DNA of 64,000 nucleotides from Octopus sinensis (GCF_006345805.1 NC_043004.1:9300001-9364000); one strand, 5' to 3'. Counted from the first letter of the stretch, positions 50,703 to 62,489 are shown. Notes: a model not told the origin generated them from the letters alone. Translations and numbers: made by a program.

Positions 50703-51100
50703 CTCTTTACTCTTTTACTTGTTTCAGTCATTTGACTGCGGCCATGCTGGAGCACCGCTTTTAATCGAGCAACTCGACTCCGGGACTTATTCTTTTGTAA
50801 GCCCAGTACTTATTCTATCGGTCTGTTTTGCCGAACCGCTAAGTAACGGGGACATAAACACACCAGCATCGGTTGTCAAGCAATGCTAGGGGGACAAACA
50901 CAGACACACAAACACACACACGCATATATATACATATATACGACGGGCTTCTTTCAGTTTCCGTCTACCAAATCCACTCACAAGGCTTTGGTCGGCCCGA
51001 GGCTATAGTAGAAAACACTTGCCCAAGGTGCCACGCAGTGGGACTGAACCCGGAACCATGTGATTGGTAAACAAGCTACATACCACACAGCCACTCCTGC
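50703..51100 (-). mobile_element. SINE family B
   Basis: Near-identical to 32086-32498. Confidence 0.93.
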
Positions 51101-51269
51101 GCCTTTTATATATATGCATATATAAAAGATGTAATTTTTAATTGATTTATTCTGCCGGTCTTTTTTTTTAATGGAATACAGCCATACTGGGTTACCACTT
51201 ACAACAATTTACTTTTACCGTTGTTGAAATTGTATGGTTAAAAGTTTCTATCAGATAATCTAGTCCCAA

Positions 51270-51535
51270 GAGTATTACAGCTGGGTTCGGTATGCTAGTT
51301 AGAAATTGGTCCAAATTCTTCTTCAATGTTACAGCAGAGCTGCTTTTTTTATTGTCCTGATTTCTTTAAGACGCAATTGGGGCTGGGCTCCAAATATCTT
51401 ATTATCCTTCTAGAGTCTTCTAGTTGTCGATTGAGAAATGACGTACGTGGAGATTGGTAGCGTCTGTCAATTCGGGCATTTAAGTTTTCTTTATTACTGA
51501 AATATGGCGAATGACTTTCCCAGGAGATGTTCATA
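51270..51535 (-). mobile_element. CR1-like LINE 3' fragment
   Basis: TLKKNLDQFLTSIPNP resembles the CR1 C-terminal FK..LD.FL..IPDEP. Confidence 0.4.
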
Positions 51536-51639
51536 TAACTATCCTAGATTATTGTAATTTTAGTATATCCTTATTATAGATCTAATAAACTGAAGTGCCA
51601 CCTTTTGTTATTCCAGATTGAAGGAGATGGCTGTAACAA

Positions 51640-52470
51640 CACTTTGAGTACACTCTACTAAACACAGGTTGTCACAGCTGACCGGTTTGCGGTCGGAACG
51701 TGAAGACAACTTGGAAATCGCTATGTAAAAATGTTTTGCGCTGAACTGGGCAAAAACACTACACACATTTATGAAATGATCCAGATTGCTTATGGGCTAA
51801 CTTGTATGGGCCAAGCATCTGTATTTCGCTGGCACAAGAGGTTCATGGAGAGTAGAGAGGAGTTGAGAGACGACGATAGGTGTGGGGCGGAAAGAAACGT
51901 CAGAATGTCAGAAATGATTGAGAACATTTGCAGTTGCATAGAGGGAGACGGTCTTGTGTATGTAAACACCAAAAGTATACAATTTGGATTTTATGTGGAA
52001 ACAGCACACCGAAATATTCATGAAGGCCTGAACATGCGCGCAAAATTTGTGCAAAGTTTGTTTACAGGGTTCACAATGACAAACTAAAGGAAACACGCGT
52101 TAATGACAGCAGGGAAATGATTGAGCATATTACCTACAGTACAAGAGTATTTGAGTCCCTGGAGACTTGTGACGAGAGCAGGATCTACTGTTTGGATGCA
52201 GAGACCATGACTCAAAGTACTCATTAAAAGCATCCTAGAACCCCCAGACCCACGAAGGCCAGATAAAGCAAGTCCACCGTGAAGCTCATGACGACCCTCT
52301 TTTTCAACAACCAAGGCATCATCTACATCCATTGGGTTCCCTCTGGTCAGGCGGTTAACAAAGAGTACTTTGTAGAGGTTTTGAGGTTCAGAGCTCTTCC
52401 ACTCGAGTTTGTGGCACCTGAACCACGACAATGCACCAGTCCACAATTACATTCTAGTCACCAATTATTT
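51640..52470 (+). mobile_element. Mariner family 2, degenerate and internally deleted
   Basis: FCAELGKN..YEMIQIAYG..VFRWHKRF; FFNNQGIIYIHWVPSGQAVNKEYFVEVLR; WHLNHDNAPVH. No TIRs identified. Confidence 0.85.
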
Positions 52471-52562
52471 TATAATCTCTATTTTGTATTCCATGTAAAT
52501 ATACGTATCAAACCTGTGTTTATCTACCTTACTATACCCCACTCTCTCTCTAACTATCACTC

Positions 52563-52686
<124 letters not shown>

Positions 52687-52715
52687 TAGCTAGCTAGCTA
52701 GCTATATATATATAC

Positions 52716-52932
52716 ATTGTTAATCCAAACATGAAAACACAAAGAGAAAAAACAACAACGCGAGGACGTGGAACAAGTATAGTATTATTGGACGCTCAGG
52801 AAAGAAGGAAAGAAGGAGGGTTTAACGTTTCGAGCGGAGCTCTTCGTCAGAAACATAGGAAAAGGAAAGATCCAAAGAAGGGAAGACGGAGGGAAAAAAA
52901 ATCGCCAACGATACACACGCGGTCACATTTTG
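52716..52932 (-). mobile_element. Short PLE-type tail element (family 3)
   Basis: About 215-bp non-repetitive element between microsatellites, carrying a hammerhead motif; PLE origin inferred from the motif type. Confidence 0.55.
52820..52854 (-). ncRNA. Minimal type I hammerhead ribozyme motif
   Basis: GUUU-CUGACGA-A-GAGC(UCC)GCUC-GAA-ACGU-U-AAAC: all stems pair, canonical core plus one extra A, GUU triplet. Confidence 0.78.
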
Positions 52933-52965
52933 AACACACACTAACACACACACACACACACACAT

Positions 52966-53070
<105 letters not shown>

Positions 53071-53291
53071 GCATGTATGTATGTACATCATTAATTTTTG
53101 CTTTTAAGGCTAGAGCCAGCCATTCAGTTGAGACTCACAGAGCCATCAACAATAATGAATTAGTTAATCAATTTAATCAATCAATCAATGTTGTTATCGT
53201 GGAATGCCTGTGCAAGAAGATTTATTTTTTTAAAGTGAGGAAAGGCTGTGCACTGAGTTAATCCCACTCACTAAGCAACAGCAGCCATAAT

Positions 53292-53685
53292 CCGAAAAGA
53301 AGAACAAATGAACATCATCGGTAACCACTGAGCCACAGGTTTTATGTCGGAGTTATCCCAGTTACCTGAGTTACCTTCTCCTAGAAGGATGCCCTAACAA
53401 AGGCTAGGAGTCCTTCACTCCCAATGGTTTGACCGCGCGATCGGATATTCAGTCCGATTATTTCTATGTCCCCGCGCATGATACAGCCTTAAGACATTTA
53501 TTGGATGGCCGTTGACTCTCAAGAGTTCCTCCGCCCTTTGACGGGATTTGTTTTTCATCCCGCAGGGTGTCCAATAAACACCCTCCTCACCAAGCAAGCT
53601 TGGTGGGGTTGCCGGTTTAGTCGCCGACGACCCGACCATGCAACAGGTTGTACTGGGTTACATGTTACCAGTAGCAAACGAAAGT
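53292..53685 (-). mobile_element. RTE-type LINE 5' UTR, inverted
   Basis: Minus strand tagggcatccttctaggagaaggtaactc resembles the RTE 5' UTR motif (recalled, unverified); several stem-loops. Confidence 0.5.
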
Positions 53686-53694
53686 GATCTGACC

Positions 53695-53935
53695 ATAATC
53701 ATATCTGTCAGGCATGTTGAAGAGAGTGTAATTCGGCAGAAGGACTTAAACGACATGCAAAGGTACATAAAGCCCAGTTACAACTACAGCCGGTAAAGGT
53801 TTTAGTTGCCAATTCTGTACAAGACGTTGTAGATCTTTGGCTGGGCTAAAACGTCACATTCGATCACAGCACCAGTAACAGTTAAGCTTCATGCAATGAC
53901 CATACTCGATAACGAGGAGGCAGCCATAATAATAA
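53695..53935 (+). mobile_element. RTE LINE 3' end with two C2H2 fingers
   Basis: HICQAC*RECNSAEGLKRHAKVH (53700-53768) and FSCQFCTRRCRSLAGLKRHIRSQH (53801-53872), then gaggaggcagccat(aat)n. Confidence 0.75.
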
Positions 53936-54107
53936 TGTATGTATTTATTTATATGTATAATGGACTCTCCCGTCGAAGACGACGTATACGCGTTCAGCAT
54001 TTACCAAACGACCTGCACAAATGCATTGTTTATGGTGAGGAAATGTTCGTGTCGCATATTGTCTCACCGTCTCCATCAAATCTTCGTTGTTTAAATATAT
54101 ATACGAC

Positions 54108-54262
54108 GTGCTTTCGCATAGTTTCCTTCCACCAAATTCACTCACAAAGCATTGGTCGACCTGGAGCTGTAGTAGAAGACACTTTCCCGAGGTGCCACGC
54201 AGTGGGGACTGAACCAGAAACCATGTGGTTGCGAATCGAGCTTCTTAACCACATTGCCATGC
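54108..54262 (-). mobile_element. Old SINE family B 5' half
   Basis: ccaaattcactcacaaagcattggtcg..aggtgccacgcagtggggactgaaccagaaaccatgtgg. Confidence 0.75.
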
Positions 54263-55465
54263 CTGCCACCATATTCTTATGAATTTTGAACATTAATATA
54301 AGCACTTGAGGATATACAATGCTTTTGGCTTTACCAACAAAAATTAGCGGGGGGGGGGCGTGTTTTTTTTAATCACTTGAACCTTCTAATTAAAATTGGT
54401 TTGGACCAAACCAGGTTTCTTCTAATGCATTTCGGAAAGTGTTATTTTTAACCGTCAGGATTTATTGACAGGGTAAAATCTAGGCGTACTGAGAACTGGA
54501 ACACGAACTTCACATTAGTAAGCAGTTGGAAACTATTCATCGATTATCAATTTCGCCCGAGCAAATTTCTGAGCCTCCATCTCTTGGTGTTCTCCTTCTG
54601 CAAGAATTAGAGTCGTTATCATCATCATCTGTCGAAGTGTTCTTGAGAAAAAGATCTGGAAAATGTGTGATGCATTTGTTGTCTTTTAGGAGAGGGGAAT
54701 GAAAATATCGCCGAGGGCATCAAAGTAACTATTAACTATCGGTGGTTTTACCAATATTTACGAACGATGCCCCATTGCAAGGGTCTTGGAGCTCAGAGTG
54801 ATTGTGCATGTCGCAAGCCAATTTTCACCATTCTGTAGTAGATAAATAAAACCTTACTGATCCAAACATTTGGCATTTAGTAATGAAATCTTCATATTTC
54901 TCAGTTTTAAGTCGAAAGTCCTCACAGCCAGATCCTGCATCTGGATGTCTGTTCTATGTTGAAGAATCTGTTCTGAATTCCTTTCTATACGAGATGCAGA
55001 TGGAATTATGAATAGCTTCTGCGGGAACGAAAACGGTATAGAATATGTTCATTTGTGCTTGGTAATGAGGTTACCACTAAACCTAGAGAGCAGAATGCAA
55101 AACTGAACCAGATTCTCTCCTTCAGTTAAATTATTCACTGGATCTCGTAAATGCATATCTAAAAAGAATGCGCGCAACTCTTTGATAAAATGTAGTACAT
55201 GTCTCAGGTAGTATCCCTGCGACTAGATGAAAGAGAGCATTAATAAGTTTTCCCAAGACGAATTAGCGTGTCCTGGTGTGAGCTTCCACACAGTATACGA
55301 CAACACTATTTTACTCATGTTTTGAGGCGAAGCGAGGTTGTGGAAAAGTAAAATTGCCACGTATTCCACACAGTAAGATCGAACTTGAAACTCCTGAATA
55401 CGAAGAGAATTTTGTAATGTTTCGCCTTTTCCTTTGGCTCCAGTTTACATGCAGTTATATACATA

Positions 55466-56688
55466 TTCCTCCGTCTACGCAGATTCTGTAGTGACGACCA
55501 TGACTTTGAGACTCAGTCTCAACTCATGGCTCGCCGCTTCATACTACGTGGATATCGCCTCACCACTATCCACACCGCCCTTGCCAGAGCACTTCTGTGG
55601 ACCGTGCATCTTCTCTCTCCCCAAAACAGCCCTGCCGCCTCCTGTCTCCCATTTCCTTCACCTACCACCTCACCACCCTACCTCTCCAACGCGCTATTCT
55701 CCGAGCCTTCCGGCAACTCCAGTCCGACCCCTCTTCGCACATCTTCCCTAACTGACCCCTCCCCTCCTTCAAAGGAGCCCACAACCTACAAGACCTCTTG
55801 GTCCATAGCTTCTTCCCTAACCCAACCTCCCAACCCGGCTCGTTTCCCTGCTCCTGCCCACGCTGCCGCACTTGCCCTTACCTCTCCAACACCATCCTCC
55901 TCACCGACACCAATAATCGACCCTATCATATCACCGACTTCTTCACCTGTACTTCTACCAGTGTCATCTACTGCACCTCTTGCTCTCTCTACTCTTCTCT
56001 ATACATTGGGCAAACGGGACGCTGCTTGGCTGACCAGTTCGCGGAACACCTCCGAGACATCCGACTCGGCAATGACAACCCGCTCTCGCGCCATTTCCGC
56101 TCTACCGGTCACTCTTTGCAACACCTGTCTGTGTTCGGATTGTCCTTGCACAGGGTGCCATCCGGACTCCCGTTTGCGGGAGTCATCTCTCTTCGCTCCT
56201 TTGCGTCACACGGGCTCAACTCTCCTCTTCTCTCCTATCTCCCTCTCACACCTAATTCCTCCCACCTACCTCTCCTCTCTTGCTCCAAATCCTACTTCTT
56301 CTCTTCACTCCTACTCTCCTTCTCCCTTCTCTTCACTCCTACCCACCTTCTCCTCTCTCCCTCTCCCTTCATCTTCACCCCTCCCTCGTAACCCCACCCA
56401 AACAATCCAACCCCACATTCCCTATCAATTCCATCTCAAAGCATCCCTTACACCCATTCCCTTCTTCCTAGCTTTCCTGTGTGACCCCTCTGTCCTGCAT
56501 TCGCCATTATAGATCGCTAGCCACTACACATTCTATATTTTCTCTTCTTGTTTCTTTCTGTGTTCCTTACTGTGGAAGAGCGTAGGCTCGAAACGTTAAA
56601 GACTTTTTCCATTCTCGAGTTAAACTAATACATCTGTTTGTTGTCTACACCACCTGTCTTCGGCTTTTGTTTTTGTGAATTCTTCCCC
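55466..56688 (+). mobile_element. Penelope-like element, 5'-truncated: RT thumb, Cys linker, GIY-YIG endonuclease, pLTR
   Basis: FLRLRRFCSDDHDF..RGY; NLQDLLVHS; CSCPRCRTC; FTCTSTSVIYC..LYIGQTGRCLADQFAEH..LSRHF..GH..HGLN. Confidence 0.92.
56566..56601 (+). ncRNA. Minimal hammerhead-like motif, variant core CUGUGGA
   Basis: CUUA-CUGUGGA-A-GAGC(GUAG)GCUC-GAA-ACGU-U-AAAG in the PLE 3' region; sister of 3155-3190. Confidence 0.6.
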
Positions 56689-56702
56689 TATATATATATA
56701 TA

Positions 56703-56739
<37 letters not shown>

Positions 56740-57467
56740 ATGTATGTATGTATGTATATATATACAGTAATAAATGTGTGCGTGTCCATCGTTAAGTAAA
56801 AGTATGAGTGTGTATATATATTATATATGGTGTATGTCTCTGTGTCTTTGTGTGTGTGTGTGTGTGTGTGTATGTGTGTGTGTGTATGTATACACTTATA
56901 CATACACAATATATATATTTAAATGCACACATACAATATATGTGAATCTTATTTTAGAAAAATTCTTATTAAATTTTCGGTGGTACGATTGGCTTATTTC
57001 AAACCAAACTTACGTATGTACTTACATAGACACACAAGAACCACGGTACATTCTCACATACACACACACGTATATGTGTATATGTATATATAGGTGCATA
57101 TTCTTTATAAGTATATATATATATTGCAATATATACTTATGTATATATGTATAGATATATGAAGGTATATATATATAAGTATATGCATGTGTACGATGTT
57201 TTTTATATTTTAATTGTTATTTTATAGATGAATTACAAACCACAAGATTATTGAATTTAAATCTGCCACTCTCAACGAAGTAGTTCAATGCGTAAGCACG
57301 TGTAATCTCTTATTTATATCCACTTGTAATCTAGCAAGCACAAATCTTCTAAACATGTAATGTTGATATCGTCAAATGTAGTGAGTCGGAAACGAAACTT
57401 GATTTAATAAAAACAGGAAAATAGAGTGTAAAATAATTTACATTTCTGTTGACAAACCTTTTGGCAG

Positions 57468-57483
57468 CAGCTAGATGGCGCTA
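57468..57483 (+). promoter_or_regulatory. Candidate CTCF-binding motif
   Basis: cagctagatggcgcta resembles the CTCF core CC(A/G)C(C/T)AG(A/G)(G/T)GGCGCTA with one mismatch. Confidence 0.35.
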
Positions 57484-57713
57484 GTGGAGTATTAGTGGTG
57501 AAAAATGTATTATTAGCATCGAGAAAACATACAAAACAATATGTCAGTCGTTATTAGACGGATAAAATGTTACAATATCAACGACATTCTTAAGAGTTGT
57601 GTAATTTTATAATTATTTCTTCATTTTTGCGATTTTATATTCTTTATTTCTTCTGGTGGCAATGGTGGTGATGGGCAGTAAAGGAGTCACTAAATTTTGT
57701 CTGTTTAATTATA

Positions 57714-57762
<49 letters not shown>

Positions 57763-58018
57763 GTATATATATGTATGTATTTATGTGTGTGTTTGTATGT
57801 CATATTTATATATTTTAATCATGAAACTGAAATTATGTTTGAACAAAATCTAAGCACACATACGTAAGCAGGTATATAAACAGACTTATATGCATACGTC
57901 TATTTATGTACACATGCATACATACATGCAAGCACATATAAGTACGCATATACACACACACATATTTGTATATATATATATATGTATATAAATATATACA
58001 TACATACACATAAATGTA

Positions 58019-58082
<64 letters not shown>

Positions 58083-58674
58083 TATATGTATATATATATT
58101 ATATATATATATGTATGATTGTATGTATGTTATGTATGTATGTATGTATGTATGTATGTACGTATGTATGTATGTATGTATGTATGTATGTATGTATGTA
58201 TGTATGTATGATAAGATAAAGACTGGATTTAAAAAGAAAGTATAGCGCAAGTGTTATGTGTCCATGTTTTAAGAAAAACACAAAAAAAGAAAACACAAAA
58301 CAAAATAAACTCTAATAAAATAAACGATGGACCGACACATTAATAAGGCCGCACTAATGAGCAGTTCTTCAAAAATGCATATAAAAAAGTCATTTGTGTA
58401 TAAAGGAAAGATTCCGCATGATTATTTCTATGAGATGCGTTCGAAATACATGTATACACGCATCGCTACACTTGAAGAAAGAAAGAATGTGTTTGGAAGT
58501 GTGGAAGAAGAAAATACCAATTTCAAGTGAGTAATTATTTATTTGAAATTTAATTAATCTTCCTCTGTTGCTTCAAATTATGTCTGCGTGCGTATGTATG
58601 TATACACATACACACACACATATATATATATATATACGCATATACATAAACACACACACATACATATACATATA

Positions 58675-58739
<65 letters not shown>

Positions 58740-58989
58740 AGTGCATGTAGATATGTATACACACACATATATATAAACAATATGTATGTACGTGTGTATG
58801 AATGTTCAAAGCACATACGGTGTTGTATCAACAAAAAAGTTAATTAAACTCTTGTTTCAGATATGGATTAACTTTTTATCACCATCACCATCCTCTTCAT
58901 TATCGTCACCACCATCACCATCATCCCCCTTCTCCTCCACCTCTTCCTTGTTATCATCACCATCATAATATTAGTACGAGGCCTCGCAT

Positions 58990-59125
58990 TTTTAAAAGAA
59001 GCTGGAGGAGGAGGGACCAATCGACTGTATCGAACCCACATACTTATTTAGTATTTTATTAATCGTCCGTGGTGGAATGAATTACGTTGTTGAAAATCAT
59101 AGGGTTCGAACTCAGATTTAGCTCG
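58990..59125 (-). mobile_element. Old SINE family A fragment
   Basis: accaatcgactgtatcgaacc..ttcgaactcagatttagc; weak similarity. Confidence 0.35.
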
Positions 59126-59259
59126 TCACCATGTTTATCATTACAATCAATTTCCTCTTTTATTCTTTCATTTCTCAAAGTTTTAGAACTGCGGCCTTGC
59201 TGGAGTAACACCTACTAGGTTGAGCTTCTTGGTTGAACTTAGAACATAAAAAACCAAGT

Positions 59260-60848
59260 AACACCAGAGTGGTTGACAGTGCTGTGCCTGAAAAACATCG
59301 AAAAAGGCCGATATCCTGTTTGCCACTTTTGTTGGAAGTTATTGGTTGGAATACTTGCAGAGTCAATATACGAACATCTAGAAAAAAATGGAGTCCCGCC
59401 ACATGAGCAGAAGGGTTGCAAGCCTGAGTGCCAAGGATGAACCCCTGATAGATAAAACTGTACCTAGAGACTTCAAGAGGAGGAAAAGTAACTTAGCCAT
59501 GTCATGGATCGACTATTGATATGATCCCACATTCTTGGATTATGGAATGTATGAACCTGTTTGGTATTGCACAGAATGGAGTTCGGACTCAGAAAGTGTG
59601 GTGTGTTAGTCTTGTAGAGAGGCAAAATCAAATGTATGGACGAGCTAATGATACCGTTGGGGGAGGTTATGAGGCAGATAGAAGAGATGGGCTATAAGTA
59701 CTTGGGGATACTGGACAATGGATAAATTGATGGAGAAAGAAATGAGAGAAAAATTTAAAGTGGAGTACTTGTGCAGACTAAGAGTGATAATAAATCGAAA
59801 TTAAATAGACGGAATAAGATCGAAGCTATCAACAACCTGGGCGGTTTCACTCCTTAGATGTGCAGCAGGAGTAACCACATGGACAGTAGACGAACTAAAC
59901 AGCTTAGACAGAAAGACAAGGAAGTTGCTACCTACCTAGATATGGGTCACGCCACACAAAAAGTGACATAGACAGACTGTACGTACCAAGAAAAAGAGGG
60001 AGAAGAGGACTTATTGGATGTGAACATAGCATTAGAGTAGAAGAAAACAACATAGCATGGTATGTAAAAAATGCCACAGAACCGATAACATTAGAAGGTC
60101 AGGCTTGTGTAGGATGAAAGATTGCAAAGATAAAGCACTATACAAGAAATTGAAAACGAATGAAACTGAAAATAGGTGGCTAAAGAAAAGAATGCATGGA
60201 TAATTTCATAGGGATGTTGAAGATAAGACAGACAGAGAAAAAAGATGACTGTGGATGACTAAAAGTGATTTATAACTGGAAACGGAGGCTCTAATCTGTG
60301 CTACCCAAGAACAAGCACTAAGAACAAACAACATAAAATACAGAATAGACAACACAGCAGAAGGTGATGAGTGCAGAATCTGTGGAAAAGATGGTGGAAC
60401 CGTATGGCATATTACCAGCCAATGTACGCCACTTGTCCAGAAGAAATATAAGAGACGCCACGACAATTATAGCCAGGCTTGTCCATTGGACATTTTGCAA
60501 CAAGTATGGACTTGACAGCAAAAAATTAGTACGACCACAAACCTGAAGGCATCGTCGAATATAGAAATGCAAAGATCCTATGGGATTTTATGATTCAGTG
60601 CGACCAGTCATAGGAAGCCAGACATAGTCATAATTGAGAAAGAAAACAAACTATGCTGGATCACAGATATAGCATGCCCAGCTGACAACAAGGTATGCGA
60701 TAAGGAAGAAATTTCGAGAGATATGACAGGTTAGTTTGGGAAGTTAAGCAGTTCTGGTCGATGAAAATAGTAGTAGTAGTAGTACGAATAATTGTCGGAG
60801 CCCTGGGAATAGTGAGCAAAAATCTCGAAAAGTACGTGGAAGAAATAG
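59260..60848 (+). mobile_element. Dong/R4-like RLE LINE, internally deleted
   Basis: RPISCLP; EQKGCK; SWIDY; YKYLGI; LDRKTRK..SDIDRLYVPRK; ETEALICATQEQALRT; CRICG..HITSQC; RRHD; KPDIVIIEK..DIACPAD; IVGALG. Confidence 0.92.
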
Positions 60849-60850
60849 TA

Positions 60851-60884
<34 letters not shown>

Positions 60885-60886
<2 letters not shown>

Positions 60887-61276
60887 TCTACTCTAAGCAC
60901 AAGGCCTTGAAAATGTTTTGGGGAAGGAGGCTAGTCGATTATATCGACTCCAGTGCATAACTGGTACTTATTTAATCGACCCCGAAAGGATGAAAGTCGA
61001 CCTCGGCGGAATTTGATCTCAGAACGTAGTGGCAGACGAAATACCTATTTCTTTACTACCCACAAGGGGCTAAACACAGAGAGGACAATCAAGGACAGAC
61101 AAACGCATTAAGTCGATTATATCGACCCCAGTGCGTAACTGGTACTTAGTTAATCGACCCCAAAATGGTGAAATGCAAAGTCGACCTCAGCGGAATTTGA
61201 ACTCAGAACGTAACGGCAGACGAAATACAGCTAAGCATTTCGCCTGGCGTGCTAACGTTTCTGCCAGCTCGCCGCC
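60885..61276 (-). mobile_element. SINE family A dimer ending in (TAA)n
   Basis: Full head at 61276, two cores, alternative tail gccttgtgcttagagtagaaa followed on its own strand by (TAA)n. Confidence 0.92.
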
Positions 61277-61282
61277 TCAGAG

Positions 61283-61346
<64 letters not shown>

Positions 61347-62233
61347 TAATAATAGTAATAATAATAATAATTATTAACTATAATAATAAAATTCTCTCCC
61401 ATTCGTGCCATGTCAGAATTTGGATTTTATATTTATATTTTAGTAAGACTGAGATTTGTCGATTTAACCAGACTCGTTGTGTGCGTGCCATTTGTACGCA
61501 TCACCAAGGATGTCACACAGTCGCTCGACCTGTTTCAATTAGTAGTCAAATCACCATTAAATTAGACACTGCCATATTACTAAAAGGCGGGATATATCAG
61601 ATAATACAATTCTAACAGGATGAATTGTGTCTAGAACAGAGACTCTCAAAAGACGCGAGGCAGATTTCCAAAAATAAACTTTGTCTTTAGAAAATCTACA
61701 CTAATGACTAAATGTCTAGCAAATGAGTTATTCATAATTTTGTTAGACTGAATTATGAGGAATAAAACAAGCAATGGCTTTCTATATTTGTTCGAAATTT
61801 TAAACTTTAAAATTGCTTGCATTTCACTTTTCCGTGGGGAATTTGCAATACCATTGTTTTTATCGTCAGAAGATTAAGACGCAGCGATCTTGGAAAAGGA
61901 AGGAATTTTGAGCTTTTGATCGTATTCAGTTAGAATTGGCTAACATTAGGCTGAAGTCCAACATCCACAATAGCCAGATTATCATTAACGATAATTAGGA
62001 AGAAACAAGAAATTTTATTAAAATAATAACTAACTTCGGTAGAATGACAGAAGCTATGGAGAAATGCTTTGCGTTGCCGATGTCATCGATTTGATTGCTA
62101 CTTGTTCGATCGATTCTCGAAACAGCAAAGCCCTGAGTGTTCAATAAATATTAATGTCGGATTTATTTTAAACTAAAAATGATTTTACAAGTCATTGATT
62201 AAAATGATTTGTTCTGTCAAGAGACGCCTCAAC

Positions 62234-62455
62234 ACAAGCACTACAAGCTAAGGGGTCACAAGCACCACAAACTAAGGGGCTACAAGCCCTACAAGCTAAG
62301 GGGCCACAAACACCATTAACTAAGGGGCCACAAGCACCACAAACTCAGTGGCTACAAGCTCCACAAGCTAAGGGGCTACAAGCACTACAAGCTAAGGAGC
62401 CACAAGCACTGCAAGCTAAAGGGCCACAAGCACCACAAGCTAAGGGGCCACAAGT
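62234..62455. repeat. 24-bp minisatellite, 9 units
   Basis: Consensus acaagcaccacaagctaaggggcc. Confidence 0.95.
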
Positions 62456-62489
62456 CCCGAATTCATTCCAGCTAAGTATTCTACATCAA

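Noticed and set aside
55740-55760. In-frame TGA in the PLE ORF as selenocysteine
   Set aside because: It falls at a non-Cys, variable position (IFPN*P) in a copy that also has frameshifts; simple decay is more likely, and no SECIS was identified.
55526-56512. 328-aa Ser/Pro-rich ORF as a separate gene
   Set aside because: It is the off-frame reading of the PLE ORF after a frameshift, running into the pyrimidine-rich UTR.
62234-62455. CRISPR-like array
   Set aside because: Tandem units with no unique spacers, no cas genes, eukaryotic context; the same applies to the 184-bp SINE arrays.
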